Below are positions 27,979-36,323 of a stretch of DNA of 64,000 bases, piece by piece (within the stretch, counting starts at the first letter, position 1; the number at the start of each line of letters is the position of its first letter). Location: positions 28,873-92,872 of the forward strand of contig JAKOXV010000013.1 in assembly GCA_029780855.1 (NCBI GenBank). The letters run 5' to 3'. Origin of the DNA: a bacterium. Lineage in GTDB: Bacteria > Patescibacteriota > Saccharimonadia > Saccharimonadales > JAUPVS01. The notes below the pieces were generated by a model. The model searched no databases, was not told the DNA's origin, and worked only from the letters and a program-made list of their open reading frames with translations. The position numbers and the translations under genes were made by a program.

Positions 27979-28515
27979 ATGAGTCGTATAGGAAAACTAC
28001 CCATAGATATCCCAAGCGGTGTGACAATCACTGTCGACACAAACGAGATTACCGTTGCTGGAAGCAAAGGAACACTCAAGCAGTTCACTATGCCAGGGGT
28101 AACGGTTACCGTTGAAGGTCAACAAGCTGTCGTAACGCGAGAAAATGATGAGCCAAAGAATCGTGCAAAGCATGGTTTGATGCGCTCGCTCGTATTTAAC
28201 ATGGTAAAAGGCGTAAGCGAAGGTTTTGAAAAAAAACTAGAGCTTAACGGTGTTGGTTACCGTGTTGCAATGGCAGGAACTGATCTTAAATTCAATATTG
28301 GATTCTCACACGATGTAACCTATAAAATTCCCCAAGGAATTACTGCAAAAGTTGAGCAAAATACCATTACCATCAGTGGAATTGATAAGCAGCAGGTTGG
28401 ACAGACCGCTGCTGAAATTCGCGCACTTAAGAAACCTGAACCGTATAAAGGTAAGGGTATTAAGTATGTTGGTGAAAGAATTATCCGTAAGAGCGGAAAA
28501 TCAGGAAAGGATTAG
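27979..28515 (+). CDS. rplF: 50S ribosomal protein L6 (uL6)
   Basis: 178 aa starting MSRIGKLPIDIP. Confidence 0.98.
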   Translation: MSRIGKLPIDIPSGVTITVDTNEITVAGSKGTLKQFTMPGVTVTVEGQQAVVTRENDEPKNRAKHGLMRSLVFNMVKGVSEGFEKKLELNGVGYRVAMAGTDLKFNIGFSHDVTYKIPQGITAKVEQNTITISGIDKQQVGQTAAEIRALKKPEPYKGKGIKYVGERIIRKSGKSGKD

Positions 28516-28528
28516 TAGGTAAGTTACT

Positions 28529-28885
28529 ATGGATCGAATTGCACATAAACTACAGAACCGAAACTTACGCAAATCTCGCGTTCGCTCTGTCGTATCAGGT
28601 ACTACTGAACGTCCACGACTTAGTGTATTTATCAGTAATTTGCATGTATCAGCCCAAATCATTGACGATAGCAAACAGACCACTATTGTTTCGGCAACAA
28701 CCATTGGTAAAAAAGCTGTTTCTGGAACAATGACAGACCGAGCTGCTCAAATTGGTGCTGAGATAGCCAAAAAAGCCAAGGACAAGAATATTAAAAAAGT
28801 GGTATTTGATCGAAATGGTCGAAAGTACCATGGAAGAATTAAAGCGCTTGCAGATGCTGCACGCGAGAATGGATTGGAGTTTTAG
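28529..28885 (+). CDS. rplR: 50S ribosomal protein L18 (uL18)
   Basis: 118 aa with typical uL18 sequence. Confidence 0.96.
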   Translation: MDRIAHKLQNRNLRKSRVRSVVSGTTERPRLSVFISNLHVSAQIIDDSKQTTIVSATTIGKKAVSGTMTDRAAQIGAEIAKKAKDKNIKKVVFDRNGRKYHGRIKALADAARENGLEF

Positions 28886-28886
28886 T

Positions 28887-29471
28887 ATGGCAGATGACCA
28901 AAGACAGTCCACTGCTCCCCGCCGCCAGGCTCCAGGAACACGTGGTCAAGAACCAGAAGAAAAACAGTTTGATGAACGCGTGGTACACATAGATCGTGTT
29001 GCTCGCGTGGTAAAAGGTGGGCGAAGGTTCCGATTCCGTGCTCTCGTAGTCGTCGGGGACCACAAAAACAAAGTGGGAATCGGCACAGCAAAAGGTGCTG
29101 ATGTTACCGCTGCTGTTTCTAAAGCCGTTGATGTAGCAAAGAAAAATATGGTCACCATTCCCTTGTATAAAGGGACGCTACCTCACGAGGCTGAGGCTAA
29201 GGTTTCTGGTGCTCGTATTTTGCTAAAACCAGCGAGTGCAGGTACCGGTTTGATCGCTGGTGGTGTCGTTAGAACCGTATTGGAAGTAGCCGGAGTACGA
29301 AATGTATTGTCGAAATCACTCGGTTCAACTAACAAAATTAACACCGCCTACGCTACGCTAGCTGCAATGCAAAGCATCGTTCCTGCTGACAAGTGGGTAA
29401 CTACAAAGCAGGATAAGGCGAAGAAAGCTGCTCCAAAAGCCAAAAAAGCTACTAAAGCAGGAGAGAAATAA
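28887..29471 (+). CDS. rpsE: 30S ribosomal protein S5 (uS5) with N- and C-terminal extensions
   Basis: 194 aa from ATG 28887; the track start at 28806 overlaps rplR. It has the VVKGGRRFRFRALVVVGD motif and a Lys/Ala-rich C-tail. Confidence 0.96.
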   Translation: MADDQRQSTAPRRQAPGTRGQEPEEKQFDERVVHIDRVARVVKGGRRFRFRALVVVGDHKNKVGIGTAKGADVTAAVSKAVDVAKKNMVTIPLYKGTLPHEAEAKVSGARILLKPASAGTGLIAGGVVRTVLEVAGVRNVLSKSLGSTNKINTAYATLAAMQSIVPADKWVTTKQDKAKKAAPKAKKATKAGEK

Positions 29472-29941
29472 TGAAGTACAATGAACTCAATATCTCTAGT
29501 CACAAGAATCCTAAGCGAGCCGGCCGGGGCATTTCTGCCGGCCGTGGAAAAACTGCCGGCCGCGGAACGAAGGGCCAGAATTCTCGAACAGGTGGAGGAA
29601 CTCGACCAGGATTTGAAGGTGGTCAAACGCCGCTCATCCAGCAGATTCCTAAACTGCCTGGGTTTACTTCACATCGTCCAAAAGTTGAAAACATTTACAC
29701 CGGTCAGCTAGACCAGTTTGCTGGAAAAACGGTAGACACTGTTGTGCTTTCTGAGTCCGGACTCATCTCTAACCCTTACGTTAAGGTAAAGTTGATTGCC
29801 AAAGGAGATGTCACCAAGAAGGTTACCGTGCGATTACAAGGCGCTAGCGAAAACGCCATTGCCGCTGTTCAAAAGGCTGGTGGTAGCTTTACTGCTACGC
29901 CACAGCTGGGACGTACTGCTAAAGAAAAATCAACAAAATAA
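29471..29941 (+). CDS. rplO: 50S ribosomal protein L15 (uL15)
   Basis: 156 aa with GRGISAGRGKTAGRGTKGQ. The start overlaps the rpsE stop (TAATG), so no L30 gene lies between them. Confidence 0.97.
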   Translation: MKYNELNISSHKNPKRAGRGISAGRGKTAGRGTKGQNSRTGGGTRPGFEGGQTPLIQQIPKLPGFTSHRPKVENIYTGQLDQFAGKTVDTVVLSESGLISNPYVKVKLIAKGDVTKKVTVRLQGASENAIAAVQKAGGSFTATPQLGRTAKEKSTK

Positions 29942-29957
29942 TTTCAATATAATAAAT

Positions 29958-29994
29958 AAACCGGCGTTGTAATATACGCTGGTTATTTTGTTTG
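29958..29994 (+). terminator. Rho-independent terminator after rplO
   Basis: An 8-bp stem aaccggcg / cgctggtt (one G-U) with a 10-nt loop, then attttgtttg. Confidence 0.6.
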
Positions 29995-30029
29995 TATATG
30001 GGATTTAAGGACTGTTTACTGTATAGTAA

Positions 30030-31571
30030 ATGTCTGAAAGCGAAAACAAGAGGGATTCATTCTTATTTATGAATTGGAAAGTAATAGGAAAATCATTAAA
30101 AGACAGCGATATGCGCAAGCGTATCTTTGCGGTTTTGGGTATGCTGCTGGTGTTCCGTGTTCTCGCACACATACCGATCCCCCTCAGTGACCCACAAACA
30201 CTTAAACAGATCCTTGAAACACTCTATACTTCTACGAATAATTCTCAGTTTCTTGGCTTTGTAAACGTACTTTCAGGTGGAGCGTTGGCTAACTTTTCTA
30301 TTATGTTAATTGGTCTTGGGCCGTACATAAATGCTTCGATCATCATGCAGCTACTTACTAAGGCCATTCCCCGGCTTGAAGCGTTAAACAACGAGGGTGA
30401 GTATGGTAGGAAAAAAATTAACCAGTACACCCGTATACTGACCCTTCCCCTTGCCATAATCCAATCTATCGGAGCGATTTATCTCGTGAAACAGTCAGCA
30501 GCTAGCATAGGGGGTCTTGGCGATATAACAGCAAATACTTCCATTATGCAGTGGATCCTGATGATTGCCGCCATGACAGGAGCTTCTATGCTGCTTATGT
30601 GGCTTGGTGAACTGATTACAGAAGAGGGAATAGGAAACGGTATCTCGCTAATCATTACCGTGGGAATTGTAAGTCGGCTTCCAACCACCATAGCTGAATT
30701 AGGATCAGCTATATTTAAAAAAGGCTCATCATGGAACGTTTTTGGTCAGCAATTCCCGATTGATAAGACTGCACTAATGTACGCAGCAATTATTCTTGTT
30801 GCCACTATTGTGGTTACTGTACTGGTCGTGTTGCTGAACGAAGCGGCTGAGAATATCACCGTACACTATGCAAAAAGAATTCAAGGAAACCGTACATACG
30901 GTGGCGTAACGACGATCCTCCCGGTAAAAATGATAACCGCTGGCGTAGTTCCGATAATTTTTGCAGTAGCGTTTTTGAGCGTTCCCAGCTACGTTGGTCA
31001 ACTTTTGGCTGGTTCTGGAAATCCACGGTGGACAGAACTAGGTACGCATCTGGTACAGTGGTTTCAGAATCCTTCGGCTCAAACTTTTGCTGCAGGAGGC
31101 TGGCAACCATATATTTACCCGGTTACATACTTTTTACTAGTCTTTTTGTTTACATTTTTCTACACCGGTATTACGTTCAATTCTAAAGAAATTGCCGAAA
31201 ACCTTCAGAAACAGGGAGGTTTTATAGAAGGGGTAAGATCGGGTACTCAAACCGAAAAATACCTCGGTAGAGTCGTTAATAGACTGACTTTCTTTGGAGC
31301 GCTTAGTCTTGGATTGCTAGCGCTACTCCCGATAATTGGACAGGTATTTATAAGTACCAATATAGCTCTCAGTGGTACGAGTATACTTATCTTAGTAGCA
31401 GTGGCTCTGGAAACACTTCGACAGGTAGAATCAAGAGCACTCATGATCACCTATGATCAGTATGAACAACCAGACTTCTTTTACGATGTTAGCACTCCTG
31501 CTGATGCTGCGACGGGCGGCAGGCGTCTACTATTTGGTATTCCGCGTGGATTTAAGAAGAAAAAAGATTAA
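30030..31571 (+). CDS. secY: Preprotein translocase subunit SecY
   Basis: 513-aa ORF with 10 TM helices and typical SecY sequence. The start is ambiguous (ATG 30030 or ATG 30069, MNWKVIGK...). The C-terminus has a basic extension. Confidence 0.95.
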   Translation: MSESENKRDSFLFMNWKVIGKSLKDSDMRKRIFAVLGMLLVFRVLAHIPIPLSDPQTLKQILETLYTSTNNSQFLGFVNVLSGGALANFSIMLIGLGPYINASIIMQLLTKAIPRLEALNNEGEYGRKKINQYTRILTLPLAIIQSIGAIYLVKQSAASIGGLGDITANTSIMQWILMIAAMTGASMLLMWLGELITEEGIGNGISLIITVGIVSRLPTTIAELGSAIFKKGSSWNVFGQQFPIDKTALMYAAIILVATIVVTVLVVLLNEAAENITVHYAKRIQGNRTYGGVTTILPVKMITAGVVPIIFAVAFLSVPSYVGQLLAGSGNPRWTELGTHLVQWFQNPSAQTFAAGGWQPYIYPVTYFLLVFLFTFFYTGITFNSKEIAENLQKQGGFIEGVRSGTQTEKYLGRVVNRLTFFGALSLGLLALLPIIGQVFISTNIALSGTSILILVAVALETLRQVESRALMITYDQYEQPDFFYDVSTPADAATGGRRLLFGIPRGFKKKKD

Positions 31572-31627
31572 AAAACTCTTTACAAACTGTTGTAATATGG
31601 GGTATACTTGTCCATTAGTTATATTCT

Positions 31628-31849
31628 ATGGCAAATAATAAGGAAGTGATCGAGCTCAGCGGGACAATTATAGAGACCCTTCCAGGTACTCAGTTTCGTG
31701 TCGAACTCGAAAATGGCCATCAGATTATAGCTCATGTAGCCGGTAAGATGCGCAAGCACTTCATTCGCATTGTCCCGGGCGACACCGTTACGGTAGAGTT
31801 AACGCCCTACGACCTCACCAAGGGACGTATCACCTACCGTAAATCATAG
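31628..31849 (+). CDS. infA: Translation initiation factor IF-1
   Basis: 73 aa with an S1-like OB fold ([31 protein letters not shown]). Confidence 0.97.
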   Translation: MANNKEVIELSGTIIETLPGTQFRVELENGHQIIAHVAGKMRKHFIRIVPGDTVTVELTPYDLTKGRITYRKS

Positions 31850-32008
31850 GACCTTTTGCAGAGCATAAGCGTTAGAGATTACGGCTGAGGATTATATCGA
31901 AACCAGGTATAGAATGCAGCAGCTGTCCCTAAACCTTATGGAGTTTACAAGGGAACAATTATCAAATTAAGCAGTGTGTCATTCGCACAAGTAAGGAGAA
32001 TGATCCGC

Positions 32009-32125
32009 ATGAAAGTGCGTGCAAGTGTCAAAAAAATCAGTCCAGACGATAAGATCGTACGTCGCAAAGGTCGTCTGTACGTTATAAACAAATTTAAGCC
32101 TAAGCATAAGCAAAGGCAAGGGTAG
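32009..32125 (+). CDS. rpmJ: 50S ribosomal protein L36 (bL36)
   Basis: Not in the ORF track because it is under 60 aa. I translated 38 aa, [38 protein letters not shown], with SD aaggag upstream. It lacks the usual Cys zinc ligands. Confidence 0.9.
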   Translation: MKVRASVKKISPDDKIVRRKGRLYVINKFKPKHKQRQG

Positions 32126-32130
32126 GTTAT

Positions 32131-32517
32131 ATGGCTCGAATATCAGGTGTAACCATTCCTAACGAAAAGCAAGTGCAAATTGCTCTTACCTATGTCTACG
32201 GTATTGGCCGAAAAACTGCGGTTGATATCTTGAACGAAGCTAAAGTAGAACCTACCGTTCGCGTTAAAGATCTGACTGATGCAGAAGTTTCGCGTATTCA
32301 GGACATAATCAACGAACGCCACACTGTAGAAGGTGATCTTCACCGAATCGTGGTAGGTAATATCAAACGTCTAAAAGACATCAATGCTTACCGTGGTTTG
32401 CGCCATAAAGCTAATCTGCCGTCACGCGGCCAGCGCACTAAGACCAATGCCCGCACTCGAAGAGGTAAAAAGTCAACTGTTGGTGGAACAGCTAAAAAGG
32501 TAGCGTCTAAGACGTAA
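32131..32517 (+). CDS. rpsM: 30S ribosomal protein S13 (uS13)
   Basis: 128 aa starting MARISGV.IP. Confidence 0.98.
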   Translation: MARISGVTIPNEKQVQIALTYVYGIGRKTAVDILNEAKVEPTVRVKDLTDAEVSRIQDIINERHTVEGDLHRIVVGNIKRLKDINAYRGLRHKANLPSRGQRTKTNARTRRGKKSTVGGTAKKVASKT

Positions 32518-32531
32518 GGAATGGAATAGAT

Positions 32532-32936
32532 ATGGCAGAAACAACCCCAATTACAACATCAGCGAAGAAACGAAAATCAAAGCGATCAGTTCCGTCCGGT
32601 CAAGTACATATCTTGGCGACCTTTAACAATACCATTGTTACGGTGACTGACTCTAAAGGTGGCGTACTTACATTCGCAAGTGCAGGTGGATGCGGATTCC
32701 GCGGTTCAAAAAAGGGTACAGCTTATGCAGCTCAGGTAGCCGCAGAAAAAGCAATTCAGGCTGCTAAGCAGCTTCATGGTCTCGCTAAAGCAGAGGTGTT
32801 TATCAAAGGTGTCGGATTAGGACGCGATGCAGCAGTACGTGCTCTTGCCGGTAATGATATTCAAGTAGATAGCATTAAAGATGTTACAGGCGTCCCTCAT
32901 GGCGGTGTTCGACCTCGAAAGGCACGGAGGATTTAG
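32532..32936 (+). CDS. rpsK: 30S ribosomal protein S11 (uS11)
   Basis: 134 aa with typical uS11 sequence. Confidence 0.98.
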   Translation: MAETTPITTSAKKRKSKRSVPSGQVHILATFNNTIVTVTDSKGGVLTFASAGGCGFRGSKKGTAYAAQVAAEKAIQAAKQLHGLAKAEVFIKGVGLGRDAAVRALAGNDIQVDSIKDVTGVPHGGVRPRKARRI

Positions 32937-32939
32937 TAT

Positions 32940-33557
32940 ATGGCTAGAGATAGACAATCAATTGTAAAAATGAGCCGTCGTGAAGGCTATGCGCTTCATC
33001 CTAAGGCTCACAAAGCGCTCGTAAAGCGCAGTACTCCTCCCGGACAGCAATCAATGCGCGGCATGCGAAATAAGCCTAGCCAGTATTCATTGCAGCTTCG
33101 GGAAAAGCAAAAAGTTAAGCGTCTGTACGGCCTCTTAGAGCGTCAGTTCAGCAACCTCATGAAGGAAGCTAGTCGAACCCAAGGCCAATCAGGTGAAATG
33201 CTATTGCAGCTTTTGGAGCGTCGTCTTGACAATGCCGTATATCGGAGTGGATTTGCTCCATCACGACGTGCTGCACGTCAACTTGTTACGCATGGTCACT
33301 TCATGCTAAACGGTCGAAGAGTAGATATTCCCTCTATTCGTCTAAAACCGGGCGATGAAATTGTGCTACGAGACCATAGTAAAAACAATGAGTATTTCAA
33401 GAAAATCGATGAGGTTAGCCCTGCTGGCGACGCAAGCGCAAGCTGGCTTAAGGTTAATCGTAAGAAGTTTGAAGTAAGTGTCACCGGCCTGCCCGCAAGA
33501 GAAGAGGCTGAGCCAGAGATAAATGAACAACTAATAGTTGAGTACTACTCACGTTAA
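32940..33557 (+). CDS. rpsD: 30S ribosomal protein S4 (uS4)
   Basis: 205 aa with an S4 RNA-binding domain. Confidence 0.98.
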   Translation: MARDRQSIVKMSRREGYALHPKAHKALVKRSTPPGQQSMRGMRNKPSQYSLQLREKQKVKRLYGLLERQFSNLMKEASRTQGQSGEMLLQLLERRLDNAVYRSGFAPSRRAARQLVTHGHFMLNGRRVDIPSIRLKPGDEIVLRDHSKNNEYFKKIDEVSPAGDASASWLKVNRKKFEVSVTGLPAREEAEPEINEQLIVEYYSR

Positions 33558-33574
33558 CGGAGGCAGGAAGTAAA

Positions 33575-34516
33575 ATGTCAAAAATGATTCACACACCAGG
33601 AGTTGTAAGCGTCGACGAACACAGCAAGACTAGCGCGACGTTTAGTATTGAGCCTCTCCACACAGGTTATGGTATGACCCTCGGAAACAGTTTGCGACGC
33701 GTACTGCTTTCCAGTATTGCGGGAGCAGGTGTAACCTCCTTCAGAATTGAGGGAGCAACACACGAATTCACCACACTTTCAGGTGTAAAAGAAGATGTAG
33801 TAGAAATTATGCTCAACCTTAAAGGTATACGCTTCCGTGTATTTGGTGATGAGCCTCAAACACTCCGCGTTATCAAAAAAGGTCCTGGAGCGGTAACAGC
33901 CAAAGATATTCAGGTAAACGCGGACGTTGAGGTAGTCAACACTGATCATCCTATTGCTACGCTAGACGGAAAAGCAGAGTTTGTAATGGATATCGTTGTA
34001 GATACAGGCCGAGGCTACCGAACGGTAGATGAAAGTGGCGCTAGAAAAGCTAGCGACATGATTGCTGTTGATACAGTATTTAGTCCAGTACAGCGTGTTC
34101 GATATAAGGTAGAAAATACTCGCGTTGGTCAAATGACTGACCTTGATAAGCTTATCCTAACAGTCGACACCGACGGAACGATCACGCCTCAAGACGCTTT
34201 TGAAGAAGCGGCGGCAATACTGGTTAATCAGTATACTGCTCTTGCAGGACAGACTCGTGTTGAGACTGGTGTTCCTGCAGGTGGTGTAGCTGCCGGCTTG
34301 GGAGTCGCAGATGAAACTGATGATTCAGCAGAGCTAATGACACCAATTGAAGATCTTAATCTGTCTGCCCGAACCACTAACGCACTCATCAATAACGACA
34401 TTCACACACTTAAAGATTTATTTTCTCTCAGTGATGCAGAACTAAGAGACCTTAAAGGTTTTGGAAGTAAAGCACTCGATGAAGTTAAAGAGAAGATGGC
34501 GGAGTTGGAGCTTTAG
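33575..34516 (+). CDS. rpoA: DNA-directed RNA polymerase subunit alpha
   Basis: 313 aa with the N-terminal dimerisation domain (GNSLRRVLLSSI) and a C-terminal HhH domain. Confidence 0.97.
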   Translation: MSKMIHTPGVVSVDEHSKTSATFSIEPLHTGYGMTLGNSLRRVLLSSIAGAGVTSFRIEGATHEFTTLSGVKEDVVEIMLNLKGIRFRVFGDEPQTLRVIKKGPGAVTAKDIQVNADVEVVNTDHPIATLDGKAEFVMDIVVDTGRGYRTVDESGARKASDMIAVDTVFSPVQRVRYKVENTRVGQMTDLDKLILTVDTDGTITPQDAFEEAAAILVNQYTALAGQTRVETGVPAGGVAAGLGVADETDDSAELMTPIEDLNLSARTTNALINNDIHTLKDLFSLSDAELRDLKGFGSKALDEVKEKMAELEL

Positions 34517-34518
34517 GC

Positions 34519-34971
34519 ATGCATCGACACGGATATAAAGGTAGAAAGTTCCATAGGGAACGTGACCAGCGAGAAGCGCTGATTGAAGGGCTCGCAGATT
34601 CTCTCATCAAATACGAGTCTATTGAAACAACAGTTACTAAGGCAAAAGAACTCGTGCCTTATGTTGAAAAACTGATCACCAAAGCAAAAAAGGGTGATCT
34701 GCACAATCGTCGTCAGGTGATTAGCGGTTTGCAAACCGTTGAAAGTGCGCACAAGCTCGTTGATGAGATTGCGCCAAAATTGACGACACGAAACAGTGGG
34801 CACTTGCGTATTGAGCGTACTGGCACTAGGCGGGGAGATAATACTCAAATGGCACGCGTCAGCTTTGTAGACGACCTAACACAAGCTCCTGTAGCTAAGT
34901 CTGCTGCTGCCAATAAGCCAGCTGCAAAAGCTACGCCAAAGAAAACTCCCGCAAAAACGGAGGCTAAATAA
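34519..34971 (+). CDS. rplQ: 50S ribosomal protein L17 (bL17) with Ala/Lys/Pro tail
   Basis: 150 aa with a bL17 core and a basic tail. Confidence 0.96.
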   Translation: MHRHGYKGRKFHRERDQREALIEGLADSLIKYESIETTVTKAKELVPYVEKLITKAKKGDLHNRRQVISGLQTVESAHKLVDEIAPKLTTRNSGHLRIERTGTRRGDNTQMARVSFVDDLTQAPVAKSAAANKPAAKATPKKTPAKTEAK

Positions 34972-35411
34972 TGAAAACTTTTAGTGCAAGACCAACTGAC
35001 GTAAACCGTGTATGGTACGTAATTGACGCAAGCGAAGCTTCGCTGGGTCGTGTTGCGACGGCAGCCGCTAGTCTATTGATTGGTAAAGGTAAGCCGAGCT
35101 TCACTAAACATATTGATGTCGGTGATTACGTAGTAATTGTTAATGCCGATAAACTAGTTGTTACCGGTGATAAGCTAAACAAAAAGATGTACTACCATCA
35201 TTCACACTATCCTGGTGGCTTGAAAGAAGCAACACTCCAAGAAAAAATGGATAAGGATTCTACACAGGTCATTATTAAAGCGATTCGTGGCATGCTGCCA
35301 GTCAATAAACTCCGACCGGCTCGCCTTGAAAGACTTAAGGTGTATGCTGGAAGTGACCATAACCATGAGGCTCAAAAACCTCAGAAATACTCAGTAAAGG
35401 AAGGTAAGTAA
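34971..35411 (+). CDS. rplM: 50S ribosomal protein L13 (uL13)
   Basis: 146 aa. The start overlaps the rplQ stop, so it is fused to the alpha operon. Confidence 0.97.
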   Translation: MKTFSARPTDVNRVWYVIDASEASLGRVATAAASLLIGKGKPSFTKHIDVGDYVVIVNADKLVVTGDKLNKKMYYHHSHYPGGLKEATLQEKMDKDSTQVIIKAIRGMLPVNKLRPARLERLKVYAGSDHNHEAQKPQKYSVKEGK

Positions 35412-35812
35412 TGGCAGCACCAAAAAACTATTTCTATGCACTTGGTCGCCGGAAAAGCTCCACCGCACGCGTTCGATTGATGAACGGGAAAGGTGAGATT
35501 AGCGTTAACGGACAGCCGGCTAACGAATATTTTGCAAACAGTAAAATGCTACTGAACGAACTACAAAAACCGTTTGCAGTTTTAGAACAGGAAAACAAGT
35601 TTGATGTAAGCGCAGTAGTTAGTGGTGGTGGACATGCTGGTCAAGTTGACGCCATTAGACTGGGAATTGCAAAAGCTCTCGCCCTCATGAACGAGGATCT
35701 AAAGAGTACGCTCAAACGTGCTGATCTACTTGGTCGTGACCCCCGCGAGAAAGAACGCAAGAAGTTTGGCCTGAAGGGCGCTCGTAAGCAACGCCAGTTC
35801 ACCAAGCGATAA
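35411..35812 (+). CDS. rpsI: 30S ribosomal protein S9 (uS9)
   Basis: 133 aa ending ..KQRQFTKR. Confidence 0.97.
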   Translation: MAAPKNYFYALGRRKSSTARVRLMNGKGEISVNGQPANEYFANSKMLLNELQKPFAVLEQENKFDVSAVVSGGGHAGQVDAIRLGIAKALALMNEDLKSTLKRADLLGRDPREKERKKFGLKGARKQRQFTKR

Positions 35813-35846
35813 AAAGTTGCCGGCAATGTCGGCTCTTTTTATGTTA

Positions 35847-35875
35847 TTGACAAAAGTTAATAATAGTACTATTGT
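35847..35875 (+). promoter_or_regulatory. Near-consensus promoter (TTGACA-17-TATTGT) driving a short leader transcript
   Basis: Perfect -35 hexamer with a 17-nt spacer. The -10 ends 9 nt before ATG 35885. Confidence 0.5.
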
Positions 35876-35884
35876 ATTTCAGGT

Positions 35885-35965
35885 ATGAAAACAGTGATTA
35901 ACCAATTCTTTTATTTCTGGTTTACAACCCCACCTATGTGGCGGTCGGTTAACTGTTACCTTTAA
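35885..35965 (+). CDS. Candidate 26-codon leader peptide MKTVINQFFYFWFTTPPMWRSVNCYL (aromatic-codon run)
   Basis: Not in the ORF track; I translated it by hand. It lies between a strong promoter and an intrinsic terminator, with six consecutive aromatic codons at 35906-35923. Confidence 0.45.
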   Translation: MKTVINQFFYFWFTTPPMWRSVNCYL

Positions 35966-35998
35966 TACATACAGCAAATAACCATGAAAAACCGCCAC
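35927..35998 (+). promoter_or_regulatory. Candidate anti-antiterminator/antiterminator pairings of the trpS-upstream attenuator
   Basis: 35927-35933 pairs with 35938-35945 (7 bp, one bulge). gtggcggt at 35938-35945 pairs perfectly with accgccac at 35991-35998 (8 bp). Both pairings exclude the terminator stem. Confidence 0.4.
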
Positions 35999-36011
35999 TA
36001 GGGCGGTTTTT
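35986..36011 (+). terminator. Rho-independent terminator (aaaaaccgcc-acta-gggcggttttt)
   Basis: A 6-bp GC-rich stem accgcc / ggcggt with a 5-nt loop, a T5 tail and an upstream A-run. Confidence 0.75.
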
Positions 36012-36031
36012 AAATATATGAAAGGAAATTA

Positions 36032-36274
36032 ATGAAACCCGAACAGCATGAAATTGAAGAAGCGCAGTCTAATATCCCAGTAGAGTTGGTAGATATGGTT
36101 ATGGAATCCCCACGGCTATTCCCCAGCGTAGTTAAATCTATTGGCGGTACAAGTATAGAAGGGATGAGGGCTGCAAGAGATGAACTAGCACTTGAAATAG
36201 CCAGGCGCAGAATGTACGAACATCTTGGGCAGTACGCCACGTATAGACCAGAAGATTCTCCGTTCGTTCGTTAA
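36032..36274 (+). CDS. Hypothetical 80-aa protein
   Basis: SD gaaagga lies 5 nt upstream. The protein is acidic and helical with no recognisable family. Confidence 0.5.
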   Translation: MKPEQHEIEEAQSNIPVELVDMVMESPRLFPSVVKSIGGTSIEGMRAARDELALEIARRRMYEHLGQYATYRPEDSPFVR

Positions 36275-36323
36275 GCTAGGGTATTTGGGCGTTTGAACAA
36301 AATGCGGCTATAATGGAGTAAAT

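Noticed and set aside
30022-30069. Leaderless secY from TATAGT (30022-30027)
   Set aside because: The hexamer ends only 2 nt before ATG 30030, so a TSS from it would fall inside the ORF. The secY start (30030 or 30069) and its promoter remain unresolved, so I excluded it from the leaderless list.
35847-36323. T-box riboswitch upstream of trpS
   Set aside because: There is no match to the conserved T-box 14-mer (AGGGUGGNACCGCG), no Stem I/specifier-loop architecture with a UGG codon, and the element is only ~130 nt long. A leader-peptide attenuator fits better.
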